This document shows positions 11,727 to 25,385 of a stretch of 64,000 nt of DNA, one piece after another; positions within the stretch are counted from its first letter, which is position 1, and every line of letters begins with the position of its first letter. A program made the position numbers and the translations under genes. The notes under the pieces are model-generated. The model made no database searches. It was given only the letters and a program-made list of their open reading frames with translations, and was not told the origin of the DNA. Source of the stretch: Daphnia carinata (Eukaryota). Where the stretch lies: contig NC_081331.1 in the NCBI RefSeq assembly GCF_022539665.2, positions 7,068,001 through 7,132,000 of the forward strand, read 5' to 3'.

Positions 11727-13523
11727 CGCGTTGTTACTTTCATTTGTCTCGACCTTCTTGGACAATTCTGAGACTACTTCTCGATACACTAAGGGTTCTA
11801 GATTGCGTCCCAGCATGTAGAGGATCCACCAGTCACCGACCTCCAATTTGCTTGTGATTCCATCAATAACCTGAATATTTGTAATATAAATTACAGCATT
11901 AGTTATGGTGCCTACATGTTACAAAGTTCAAAATTTATAAACCTCAGACGGAACAAAGCGATTGCGGGCGTGGAGAATCAATGGCCTAACACGAGGAACT
12001 GCTAACAAGATGGCTCTAAAATTAGCGGATAAATGGTAACCAAATGAACATACCACAATTCAAACAATAATTAGATGTACCTGTAGACGACCAGCAATGA
12101 GAGGAGAGTTGCCATAATGATGAACCAAAACCACAAAAAGATGTACGTTTTTTCGTTGATAATGTTTTGGGATAGAACGCACATAGAGTCATGTCGGCTA
12201 ATGGTACCGGACGAACCGAATTTATGGAACGTGCACTTGGTAACCCGTGGGAAGACATAAACCATAGGGTCAAAACGGTCTTCTTGATCAGCATTGGCGA
12301 ATGATAGAACTACAGGGAATTAACATTGAAAGTTATTTTCACTTTGAATAAGCGTTTGTGGCTAATTGTGATTACTAACCTTTAAGACCGTACGAAAAGA
12401 ATTCGCCACCAGTAAAGCGATTCATCAGATAAAGTTGACCGATGACATTTACAAGACAGAGTACTTCACAAAACCAGTAGCGAATAGCGTACATGTTGTG
12501 TTGCTTGAAGTGAAGCAAAAGATAGTCGATCAAAATTCTTTTCTTGACCGTGCGCTCTTCAACCGTCTTCAAGCCAGAGTTCAAGCCCAGGACAATGGTT
12601 TGCATCAAACCACCTAACAAGAGAAATATTATCAGTTTAAATGAAACCTCATCTATTATGATTTTAAAATATATGTGTATGTTATTGAAATTGTTGAAAT
12701 AGTATATCCTACCTTCCCAAGCACTCCAGAGCCATCTAGGGACGTAGCACAAAATGGCCTGGAAAAACAGAATGAAGCAAACCCATTGGTAGTAGGCGTA
12801 GTGTTTCTGATCTTTGCTGTCGTGCAGTCCAGCACCGAGACCTATGACGTAAACAGAACCACAAGTCTATAAACCAAATATTTTTCATTTCTCACACGGT
12901 CATCTGTTTTAATCAATTTATTTATTTTAAAAATTAGCTAGTTAACTTTGAAAAAATACAAAAATCCTATGTCCTACTATAACTATTTTACATATAGTTG
13001 AAGCTTGTACTAGTTTTGGTTCAGATTAAATACTCCCCCTTCCCAAATTTAACTTATTTTTGCTAAATAAGCGTCGAGGCATCCAGTTACAAACTGTTAT
13101 TTCTTGTCTATGAAAACACTGCACTATGCTTAAAAAATTGGCTCTAGTTTGCGATTTATTTTTTTACCTGGGTGAGGAACTTCACTTCCGACCGACCTCA
13201 TAAATGAAGACGGAATGGTAAAAGTAGTAGAGATCCAGCAGTATGTATTGATAACATGGATAGGAATATCATTATCGTTGATGCATTGAATCGGGTTGCC
13301 TACGTACTGCAAATCAATTCAAACGTTACAGACATGTTTCAGTTAAAATGCATTCTGGGCAATCGTGTTAAGCAAAGGTGTGTACCTGGGTGGCCGTCAC
13401 AAGCAATGAAAAGGCAATCAACAAGACGGTGGTGAAAATATAATGGAGTCGAAAGACCACGTTATCCGTCACAATCTCCTGTCGCCGGAAATATTCCTTC
13501 AATCCCGCTAATATGTTATACAT
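11724..13523 (-). CDS. ogre: Innexin 1 (ogre orthologue); 7 exons: 13523-13386, 13306-13168, 12841-12713, 12613-12380, 12309-12081, 12015-11943, 11870-11724
   Basis: MYNILAGLKEYFRRQEIVTDNVVFRLH...TATQ|YVGNPIQC...NTYCWISTTF...YYQWVCFILFFQA...DPMVYVFPRVTKCTFHKFG...EVGDWWILYMLGRNLEPLVYREVVSELSKKVETNESNNA* parallels insect Inx1/ogre. Confidence 0.92.
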
Positions 13524-16500
13524 GGCGGAGTCGGAAAGTTATCGACGATCTGCTAACAATAATGAAAAAAATTTGAATGCACAAGCCATACATACGATTT
13601 ACGCTGTATATGGTAGAAGCAACTGAAACTAGTTCTGTGATTACAGCTAATGAATTGCAATAAATTAGAATAAGAGAATTGTTGTTGAAAGAAACGAGTT
13701 TAACCAACTTGAGCCAATAGCTCGAATCCATAAATTATATGTAAAAAGAAACACGGTGTTATGTTAAACATCGCCGTCCTGTTCTGTGCATAGGGCTTAT
13801 TTTTTGCGAGTTTCGAGTTACCTCTAAGGAAAACAAACGAAAAAGCAACAGGAAGTTCCCGACAATAGACCACTAACCCCACCTGTGACGCAGATAAAAG
13901 ATGCTCATGGCAGAAGGGTACAAATATTTACCGTGCGTCGATATCACCAATGGAAAAAAAACGGCAGCAGGAAGCAGCTAGGCCTAATCTGATACGAAGC
14001 TGGTGAATCCTTCCTTGAGTAATTGTGGAACTGCGACAGCCGACGGGAATGTATCACAAAAGAATGTGATACCAGTACGTTACGCAGAGCTACGGCGAGC
14101 AAGCCGGACTTTGGCTGACTGAGCCGCCACCGACTAGCGACGGCTTCACGTTCCACAAAACCAAGGACTGTTGATGAGCGCCACTTGCGGTATGCACATC
14201 AACTACGTCATACAGAAGGAGAAATTGAGCCTTCAATGGAGGCAAGAAAAATTCTTTTTTAAATAGCGCTAGCTGAATATTTTAATTTTTTTCGAATTTA
14301 TTCATTGAGCCAGGTTCCCTTATTGGGAGAAGTGAACTAAATGATCATTTTAATAGATGTTGACATCGGCAAGAATGGCTCAGGTATTCAATGAATATTG
14401 TTTGATAAACCCGCAAAATCAGTTCCCTATGAGTTGTGGCAAATAAATACAAAACTTTTGGGCTTCGATTTGGCAGAGTGCTTTCCAAATACTGGTAGAA
14501 ATTCTGAGAAGATTGATAAATTTAGAGAAAAAGGGAGGATAAAGAAGAAAAATCGTCATCCACCCTCTTTGGCGTACGTGGCGGAACGTGCTGTGCCCTC
14601 CAGGAAAAACAACCATTTCCTTTTATTTCCCTAACACTAGATAAAATCATTTACATTTTTCGAAAAGCTTTCTAATTTTTTTCCAACCCTTTTATTACAT
14701 ACGAAGTGGTAAACTGAAACGAAGTAAAATATAAAAAAAAAGACGGTGTCACTGACGCAATTCGTTCATGTGTTAAAAATTCATCTTAAATTAATTTATT
14801 ATATGCTATATCATACTGTGAAAAGAAAACACGTTACTAACAGAAATTCTTCTTGAGGCCTTGGTATATGCAACAATTTAAGGGCCGAGTCAAAATTCTT
14901 GGAACTATTGAAAGAAGATGCGTGGACTTGAAGAAAGATATCGTCGGCTGTTCTATGCCCTTAGGGGAAAAGCTTCTTGTCTGTGTACACTCCACTACAG
15001 GTCGATGGCCTCCTTTTTCTTTCTTCCCTCCTCCAGAGACATCCTCTTTTTCATATCTAGTCAGCCTCTTCTTGAGTATTTGTCTTCTTTCGTTACATAG
15101 ATCCCACCGCTAGTTGGCACTAGCTTCCAAGTCACTGTCCCAGACAGTCTTCTAGCCTCCGACTGGGGTAGAAAAGTGTTCCGTGGCCAAACAAAATGAA
15201 AGCTGAGGGGAGGTAAAGTTGAAAGTCACCTTGGTCTGGTGGTAAGCCAGCCAACACAACACAAAGATAAAGACGAAATTCCAATATCCCTGGGCTTTTG
15301 TTTGCTCGCGTCCCGTACTTACTAGCAACGACGAGAACTAACCAAGCCATGTAACGGGATATGACTTCAAGTTATTAATAAGGAAAACTTACTATATACA
15401 CGTTGGGCGATTCGTACTCAACGGAATGAGAACGAGAGGTTTTAATAAACGAATTACAATGTTACATGAAACGCGTTGTGTAAACCGTTAACACCGTTTT
15501 CCAATTCAACGTGCTGTACGCGACTCAAACAGCAATGCTTGAATCAAATTAAAATTTCTAGGCACGATGAAAACATCATGCTCGTTTATTTATTCAACAG
15601 CTCTTAAAATTCATAGTCAGGCACCATCTCTCCCTGCGGAATCCTTTGTTTGTCGGTTGCGTGAGAAAAATGGGGAATCACTGAAACCCAGCTAAAATGC
15701 AGACCAAATTGTTGCAAAAAATGGTGACACTGTTCTTTGTTTCACGTCATAAGTATTTCATAACCGTTTCGGAATAATATCCTCGTTCGGTATCCAACTG
15801 CCTGTAATGTATCCATGCTTGCTAAATAGCTGCAAATTAGTGAGTCACTACCTGTGCTATGTTGACTGTGCAATTAGAATCACGTGGCATTTAATACGAG
15901 ACGTGATAACTCCGAAAGTTCCCCTTTCTGTTTCAAGAATTGCAGACCCAACTAATGAAATAAAGATCAAGTGACGTTTTTATGGGCTTAAGAGAGTAAC
16001 AGCGTTAATATTTCAATTAATAACGAATATCAAACGCCCCTACCGAAGACACTGTGCTACGCACAAATGGTAAACCGAAACACATCCAGTTTTACTCCAA
16101 CAAAATGAAACAGCAATGCAGTCTTCGCGTTATGTAAAATGTTATTGTTACTAGATTTGATTTTACCACGTTTTGTCCTTCCCGAAATTCATTAGTTGCC
16201 AAAAATACTTTCCATTTGTAGTTGCCCCAAAACTTTTAAACAAATACCAGGAGGGAAATGTGAGCATTTCCAATGTTAATTGGATTTCCTTTTATTACTA
16301 ATTCCCACGGCTTATTCAGGGAACGAATTTTACCTTGACACGATTCCAACTCCATCTGAAAACTAAGACTTAACGTAAAGTAATGAAAGAAAACTGAAAA
16401 GACACAAGTTTTAAGGGAAGCACAAAGAAGTGGCTTTCGATATGTTCTACATAATTTCTCGGCCGGTCAGAAAACAAAACTTTGATCCATCGTCAATCCA

Positions 16501-19483
16501 ACGGAAAATGAATAAAGAAAACTCATGGAAATTGAATATAACGGTAAACGGGACGATGAATTTTGTATGTAGGTGCTACGTACAGAATAATTATTTATCA
16601 TGGAGAATTAGCAATCCTGTCCAATCGGTTGAAAAGTCAAAACAAGTTGTCTGCTTCGAAATGCATTGTTCGGAAAATCACATAGCTGAAATCCGATTGG
16701 AGAAAAAAAGAAAGGTTTTAGACATACTCATTAAATTGCAATCACGATTTTCATGAGAAGAAGTAATGAAACGAAACTTTCAGACGATCTTCTACAATTT
16801 CCTTTCTCTCGTACCATCGTTATCGGCTTTCACATCAATGAGTTTTCTAATAATCGAACACATAAAATTGACAACTGTGTAGAACGTTAAAACTCACCAA
16901 GTTGTACTGCAGTAGAAATTCGATTACGCTTTATCCCAAAGTTTTAACATTTTAATAAGGTAAAACTGAAATTTTTCTGTCGCTCACCCATCACAAAGGA
17001 ACGTTCAACCTTTTCGTGATACAAGCATTTTATTTTTTCATCGTTTCAGCATTATGTATTGGAAAAGTTAAGACTGACTATAGCCTTCAGACCCACGTGC
17101 TGTATTCAATGTTGTACCTTTTAAACTTGGACGCTTTCTCTTGTATGTAGTTCACGACTTCACGCTGCATGCCTTCTTTTTGTTTCGGTGAAACGGGTTC
17201 GGCAACAAACGCACCTTTTGGGCGAGAATTGTGCAGAGTCACCTATGTGAATAGACCGTCTACAAAAAACGAACGCCCAAGGGTCAAAGAAAAGAGAGGC
17301 TTATGCAACCTAGGGTTCATTAAACTAGGTTTTAGTTACCTGCCAGCTAAGTCTATTGCCAGGCGGGTTCGATCTTATCATTCGTTGAAATTATTTGACG
17401 AATGCTTTTAATGACTGGTATTCTATTCAAAATAGAGAAATCTGTTCCACTGTAACTGACAACCAACTAGTCTACCGTAATTACTCGCGAAATGGAGAAA
17501 CGATAATAAGTAATTGATTATGGTTTCAATTGCAGCGTCGAAAACGCTTGTAGAAACAACAAATGTGGAAATTTCTAAACAAGGCACCCGTAAGATAATC
17601 GTATCCGTAAGATAATGAAACTGCTAGCCACTAGTAGGTTCGTTTTTACTACTATAGATAAATTTAAAGATATGGTGCGAGCACGACACGTTCGCCATTT
17701 GATTCTAAATCATAAAATCGAAATTTGCATCCGTTTTCAAGCCATTTAGTTTTTATTTGTTTGGTAATTAAAACATTTGAATTTCACCACCAATAGGTTT
17801 CTATTTAAAGAATTAACTCTTAATCAAGGGAAATGAATTGAATTATTTAATAAAGCGATTTTTATTGCGCAACCGGACGTTCTGTTCGTGCAAAAATTTG
17901 ACAATGCGCTCTTGTCATTTAGCTGAATTCCCTCATGAAAGTTCCATCCTGTCTGGCTTAGCTATTAAAGGAGAAGCAAGGGCCTCAATAAGTTATACCG
18001 TTAGACTGTAAATAGCTTTGTGAGTACTGAATACGTGTGTGCGCATTGGAACGGTTGGTATCAATTTATTTTATCGGCAAGTCGGTCAGGTCGGCGGGAC
18101 CAAGAAAACGAAACTGTAATACAGTATGATGGATCGATTTAAAAAGAAACTAAACGCCGTTTCCTTTGAAGCCAATCAACCAGTTTTACCCAAAAAATCG
18201 TCGTGAACTAAAAACCAGTTACAAATAGGTGTGGTCATTGTGGCTCGGTAAAAAAATATTGGGGTTAAAATAAAGCCCTTGATAACGAATTCTACCCATG
18301 TAACTATCTGTCCCCTGAGCTAAAAAGGAGAATGTTTATCACAACTATCGTTTGAATAACGAGTTTTCTGTTTGAAAATTTCAGTTCGAGATGCATAATT
18401 ATCGTAAAATAGCATGAAAGCAGTGGCGTCGTTGCATATCTTTAAAACTAAAAATATAACAATTATTCAAAAAAAGAAAACGCATAAGGCTAACGAATTT
18501 AAGTTTCATGAACATTAGTTTGCGGAGGAGGCATTAGGCTAAATGGGGATGCATCTGTCAACTGTAAGACCGGAATGCGGATAAAGTATTCTTTCAACGA
18601 ACCGTACGCAGATGGGCTTTTCACGCAATGATAGGTACCTCTAAAAGTAGCTCAAATTGTCGTTCCCCAGTTGTACACGTGCGTGCTGTTGCCCTCTTCA
18701 TTACATTTATGGAGAGGCACAGTATTTCGGAGAGACGTGACGTCGTTTACTTCCGCCAACCTTTTGTTGGAAATACTCTGCACTGACGTCATGTTTAAAA
18801 CTCATGCCTGGAATTCGTTTGCATATGGGCTGAAAAACGTTTGCTTTCAGACAAATATCCGTCCTTGTTTTTCCGTTTCCAAAGGCCTTTTTTTTGTGAA
18901 AAATGTTTGATATTCAGTCACAATTTTTCCTTGTTAAAACTGAATTGGACTTTTCCTCTTTAACCGGCTCCAAACCATTGTCAATCAAAGTGACGGATGT
19001 TGGCACTTGAAACGCTTCTCAAGAGGACCATTTTTTCCGCGTCATCGATATGCAGAACTAATCTTAACTTAGGAGGTCATCCAAACTTGTGTACCTCTCT
19101 CATTACGGTCACGAGCCAAACCCAGAAGACATAAAAAACGATTTGCTTTTTTACTAAAATTGTTTATTGTGTATAAGAAAAATAAAAATTAAAAAACGCG
19201 TTACCACACACATAGTTGACCAGGGTTGGTCTTTGCAAGAGAATAAGAAAAATGTCGCACAAAATAAGTCCATGTGAATTGGTATTGTTCATTCAGTATT
19301 GTACGCAGTGACTTGAATTCGTTCGTTGACTAAACCACTCAAGTCTCAAAGACTGGAAAATGTTTTTATTTTAAAATGAAAACTATGAGCTCTAATACGA
19401 GAGACCATGATGAAAGAGCTCACGGTACCCAAAAAATCTTGATTAGAAAAAGAAATCGGTGGAATAAAAAAAATATATGTGAT

Positions 19484-20916
19484 TTAAAAATTTTTTGAAT
19501 CAGCCCTCATCATTGGAGTGGATTCGCTTATATGCCCGGGATGTCCTCTGCCGTATTCGAGTGCTTTGGCCAATTTACCGACAACGTTAGAGAAAACCAT
19601 CGTGTCCATGTTCTTTGACAAGAAATCGACGAGGAGCCAATCACCGATGGAGCAGCGTTGTGTTATGACGTCAGCATCGTCCTTCTGAGGCGCTGAAAGG
19701 CGGCTCCGCAAAAGAAACATTCTCACGGGCGGCATCATGACGATAATAACTCGAACAAGGAAATCGATGCCGGTGATGATGGCCAATATAATGAACCAAA
19801 ACCAGAGGAAAGTATAGATTTTTTCATTTATAATATTCAAGGCCAATATGCAAAGGGCGTCGTGTCTCTGAATTGTACCTGCGTTGCAGAACGTGATTAT
19901 CATATATGATGACTCGACCGGAAGTATATGCAACATTGACGCAATACATACGATAGGTAAATTCAAGATTGGTGGTAACAATTATTTCTTACCGGAAGAT
20001 CCGAATTTGTGAAAGACGCATTTCGTGAGCCGGGGAAACACGCGAGCCATGGGGTCAATACGGGTTTCCGGATCTTGGTCCAAAAATTGCACCACTTCGA
20101 TGCCATAACGCATAAATTCGCCACCAAGAAAGCGGTTGGTCAGAAAGATTTGACCAATGACGTTTATCTGAATAGATTATCCATATCTCTTAGCGCTATG
20201 TTTCGTCAAGGTAGTTATCTTATTATGGCCATGCATAAACTCGTCGGATTGCGAACTGACAAAAACAATTCTTACCAAATTCAAAAGTTCGCATGAAAAA
20301 TAGCGAATGGCCCATCCGTTGTGTTCGTGAAGATTGCTGACAATGTATCCGGTCAATATTTCTTCTTTTTCGTCTCGGACTTCGGCTTTCTCCTTGATAG
20401 TGAAGATGTGCATGCCCTGAATTATGCTACGAACTTTGGAACCTTCCCACATCTTCCAGAGATAGTAGGGCGTGTAGAACATCAGTGCTTGGCCGAACAG
20501 GACAAACGGTACCCTACAGTTTCACGAAATCATTGACGTAGTTACCACAGAAAAATACATAATAGAAACCAGACTTACCATTGATAATATGCGTGATACG
20601 TGACATCGTCTTCTTCAGTGTAAGGACCCAATCCAAAAAGACTAATTTCTCCTTTTGCTATTGGCGTTGTACGAGGAATGGAGAACGTAGAAGATATAAA
20701 GCAATAATTGTTGAGGATTTTAATGGGCACAGCTACTGCATCTTGTATGCATTGAATGTGCTCGCCGATATATTGTCGCGACGTGACCAATATTGAGCAA
20801 GTCAGCAAGATGAGGAACGTTAGTCGATAATGCAATGCGAAGACTGGCGAGGTGATTTTGACCGACGTCGTCTTCAGCTTGACGGCAGCCTTCAATTTGG
20901 AAAACGTCCCCAACAT
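19484..20916 (-). CDS. Inx7: Innexin 7-like; 4 exons: 20916-20579, 20513-20276, 20167-19993, 19878-19484
   Basis: MLGTFSKLK...LHYRLTF...SRQYIGEHIQC...YHAYYQWVPFVLFGQAL...TNRFLGGEF...HDALCILALNIINEKIY. SRQYIGEHIQC and QWVPFVLF resemble Drosophila Inx7. The innexin call is firm; the orthology is less so. Confidence 0.82.
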
Positions 20917-23900
20917 TTCCTGCTTTGTTGAACAACAATATAGTCACTGTAAATCAAATAACTATTCTAAACGAGCAAACGTGCAGAATTTTTCTAGCAA
21001 TAGGCAACAAAATTCACACTGCAGACGACATCCGTTGTCACAACGTCGGAAATAATGAATCACCTTTTCCTAGGTGGCGTAAGTACAGAAGGTAATCGTC
21101 GAGATCAGAAAACCGAGAAAATGTACTCGGAAGCGTGGAGAAAACACTGGAGTGTACAAAGTAGAGCCAACACTTTGACTGTTGGGTGCTGCAGCCACGC
21201 CATGTTCGACTGGGTGATGAATGCCCTTCTTTTCTTTCCACCCCCATCTGGTTCTCCCATAACGTCCATCGTCCACAAACATTTTAATTTGTCCTTGCCG
21301 ATATTAAAGGAATTAAGCAATTATTTCGCTATCCCACAAAATGAGCTTTAATCTATGCTTGTTGATTTATAGTACTCATTTCTCTGTTGCGTCATCAGAT
21401 CTTAATTTTCTCCGATCTCAAATGAATTTCCTAACTGAGTCAAATAGTAGCTGGTTGCGATCCTCTTTCAGTAGCTACCATGTCTTTGTTGGATTTTCCT
21501 ATACACTTAAAGCGATGGGAAATGCGTTGCCGGGAACTGCCAGACCCGGGCCTTCAAATCACCCCCTCGGTTAGTCTCCTCCCCCTCCCTTTCTCTCTCT
21601 CTTTCTCTGTTTCTCCATTCCATGCGTCTCATCTTTCCTCTCTTTTCCCCTCGTTCGCGTTTTTCCTAACATTTGGTCAATCTTACCCAGACAGACATTC
21701 TCCATTTTCTCTGTTTCGAATGCTTTTAATTTTAATACGCAGTTTCAACCGTTACAACGTGTTCGACACCCGACATTTTTTTTTTGTTGAATTTGAGGCC
21801 TGGAAGGTGTCACAGTAATAAACATATTCGTGACAGGCAAGTTGGACATTCTCGAGTTTAACTGTTATATGGCTTTGAACAAGTTATTAAGATATAAAGA
21901 TATATATTTTTTTAATTTCCCAGCCAAAGTCTAAAAATCAAAAGTTGAAGAATTTCCAGGATGTTTTTCATTGACTAAATGAAACATTTTAAGGATAACC
22001 TCCTTTAATCGACCTCATCAACTGCCCGGACGTTGCCTAGTAAAAAACGAACGTTGGACTGCATCACCCCATGGTATTACGTACACATAAAAAACTTCTC
22101 AAGGTTCGCATATTGGAAATTCGATTCGTCGAAACCAAAAACTTTAATTTTCCGGCTGTTGCTCAATGATAAGAATGTTCTTCAGTTCGAGGAACACTCT
22201 TGGCCGAGATGACTACATAATTACCCGCAAGTTATGTACACATATTTTTTTTTTCGTATTTAGAAAGCATCGGGGTCGTCACCCAATACACACTGATCGA
22301 TCCATCAAGGTGTAGTCGAGCTCTTTTTTGAAAAATTTAAGACAGAGAAATGACTCGGTAGAATAGAGTGAAAGTTTCTTATTTTTTTTTTACCTTAAGG
22401 TGGTAAGTGTTTGCCGACGGGAAAAAGAAAATAAGATTCCAACTTGAAAATACGTTTCTTTGACTGTGCCCAGACTTTAGACGACTGGAATCACTTTAGA
22501 TATGTAAAATGATGGGCGTAGTTTTTATTTTTTGCCCCAGAGAAGTGTTATCTTATCTTCTTTTTCTGTTCGTGTCTTAAATATATATCTTCCAGTTTCT
22601 TATGTTTCTCTGCCAATCAGCGTAGCGTTTACCTCCCCCCCACATGGAAATGGAGGTTATCCGAGAACGGACAGAATGGAGGGGAAAACATTTGAAAAAT
22701 ACATCTGTATTTTACCCCTCAAGGGTGTCATTCACCCTCCCAGCTGTTTCGGCAAAATACGTTCTGAAAAAAAAAATGAGGGGAGATGGGTGTCTACGTG
22801 CTTAAGTAGGGGGTTGAAAACAAGGTCACGGCCTTGTCCGGCTAGCAACTGCATCCTCCCTCAATGTAAAAATCACAAAGGAAATGCAGTTTAACATCCA
22901 CTTGGACCAATTGTTTCTGCTGCCGAGGTCATTTAGCCACGACTGTTTGTTTTTACGTTTGGTCAAGATACTATACTACTTACACAGCATTTATTTTTTT
23001 AGCAATGCCTCGTGGTCCAATCGGGACTTATCAGGTGTTTCTTAATTACAATGATCTCTTGAGCTACACCTCTGTTCTTATCCGTTTCCTATGACGTACA
23101 GCTTGTTATAACGAACCTTTAAAAATTGTACCGTTGCGACACTCATGTTGATATGCCACGTAAAATGTCTAACCGTAAATCAACAATGGAAATCTTTAAA
23201 TATGTTTTATCTCTCGTCGTTTTATGTTTGTAGTCTAACTGAAACCCAGAGTTGGAAACGTGTTACAATACAAATTCACTGTATTTTGCCGCCCACGTTC
23301 ATCGAATCGAGACACGCAATTTTTGTATAAAAAATAATCAAAGGAAAGAGAACACACACACCAGAAAAAAAGAGTCTTAAAAAATCACACGCAGAGAAGA
23401 ATTTCTTCTCCGTGAATAAAAAAAAAACAATCGTGTAAACAAAATATGCATTTCCGATTCTGGAGCTTCATGGAAAGTTTTTTTTGACAAGCTTGCAGAG
23501 AAGTAGAGAATAATCAAACAGAAACGGATCAAACAAAAGGAGAAAATAAACTGTCACCCTAAAAAAATGTGGTGGAAAGAATATTGCCAAGAAAATTAGA
23601 AGGTGATAGAAAAAAACGTATGCAAATCTAGACTTGGAAATCCGGAAGAAATGGAAAAAGAAGACTATTTCGGGGACTACACACCTGTGAGATGAAACTC
23701 ATACACTACCAAAAAAATCCTAATCAACTCATATGGAGAATAGCAAAAAAAAATTTTTTTTTTCAAGAAAAACCGTCGGTGTACTTTTTCAGTCCCTGCT
23801 TAAAGTATATTCGTCAACAAACAAATCATTCCCCACGAAAAAAAAAAGAAATATCTACTGAAAGGCATATAAGTAGAATACCAGAACGCGCAAATACATG

Positions 23901-24238
23901 TACGAGGGGAGAACGGTGAGCCCCGCCCGATATCAATTGCAAAATGGTGTTATTAATTACCGGCATGGAAGACTGATTGATTTCATTGGTCCCAAAACTT
24001 GTATCCTCAGTTTGGTCTTTATTCTATCTTGAGCGTTCTCTAGATGGGTGTTTTTTTTGTTTTTGTTAGATGAGTGGGCGAAAATGTAGGGGAAAAAAAT
24101 CTAATCAAATTTGCTGGGAAAAAGAGATGAGGGGGGGAATAAAAAAAAAGATCGCTAGATAACATTGGCTGCAGACAACTCTTGTGAGTTGTGATCAAGC
24201 TGAAAGGAGTCCCACCAATGGCGTCTTGAATATGCTGG

Positions 24239-25385
24239 TTAGACTGGTTCCTTGCCTTCGAATCGGCGGGCCAGATCGCAGATGAGTTCTTTGTAGACAA
24301 GAGGGTCAATGTTCTTGCCGAGGAGAAGGAGAACAAACCAGTCGCCGATCTGGCATTTGCGGGCGACCAATTCGACTTCGCTGCGCGGTGCCAATCGGGC
24401 TTGGGCTCTCAACAGGTACATCCGTGCTTGGGAGCCCAAGACGACGGCCAAGCGGTACAGTAGCGCCAAACCGGTCACCACCGCCAACAAGATGAACCAG
24501 AACCAGAGGAACACGTAAATTTTCTCGTTGACGATGTTCAGGGGGAGAACGCACAGGCCGTCGATACGCGTCGTCGTACCGGAGGGACCGAATTTGTGGA
24601 ACGTGCATTTAGTTACTTTAGGGAACACCTAAACAATAAAAAAATGATTTAAATATAAGCACAAAAGATTACACTTAAATCTCTTTTTTTTTTACTTTGG
24701 CCATGGGGTCAATACGATCTTCTGGTTCCATTTCGGTCATGCTGATAACATCTCGACCGTAGGTGGTGAACTCTCCGCCAAGGAAGAAATCGACGAAATA
24801 AATCTGACCGATGACGTTGATAAAGTTGAGCACCTCGCAGATAAAGAATCGGATAGCGTAGAAATTGTGATTGTGCAAGTTGGTAGCAAAGTAGTCGACC
24901 AAAAGCTTCTTGCGTTCGTTTTTCGTGTCTTCGGCGATGATTGGGCAGTTGAGGTCGAGCACGAGCATCTTCATCTTACCGGCCTCCCAAGTCTTCCACA
25001 GGTAGCGGGGAATGTAGAAGAGAAGGGCCTGGAAGAAGAGAACGAAGCAGACCCACTGGTAGTATTTGTGGTATCGGATGGTGTCGCCGTCTTCCTGTGG
25101 ACGAACTCCAGGATGTGGAACATGTTTTCCAACAACTTCGGAGGCCATCCGATTGGGAATCGTGAATGTAGAATGGATCCAGCAGTACGTGTCCATAACA
25201 TTGCCCGGCACGCCTTCAACGATGCAGTCAATGGGGTCGCCAATATACTGGCGCGATGTCACCACCAGTGAGAAGGCAATCAACACAATAACCGTCGCTT
25301 TGTAGTGAAGACGGAAAATGTTGTTGTCGATGTTAACAGAATCGAGCTTCAGCAAGCCCTTCACCGATCCGAAGACGTCAAACAT
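24239..25385 (-). CDS. Inx2: Innexin 2; 2 exons: 25385-24696, 24628-24239
   Basis: MFDVFGSVKGLLKLDSVNIDNNIFRLHYKATV...SRQYIGDPIDC...YHKYYQWVCFVLFFQA...DPMAK|VFPKVTKCTFHKFGPSG...CQIGDWFVL...RFEGKEPV* is a typical Inx2. Confidence 0.96.

Noticed and set aside
14398..18910. Short ORFs between ogre and Inx7
   Set aside because: No recognisable protein motifs; more likely UTR introns and regulatory DNA.
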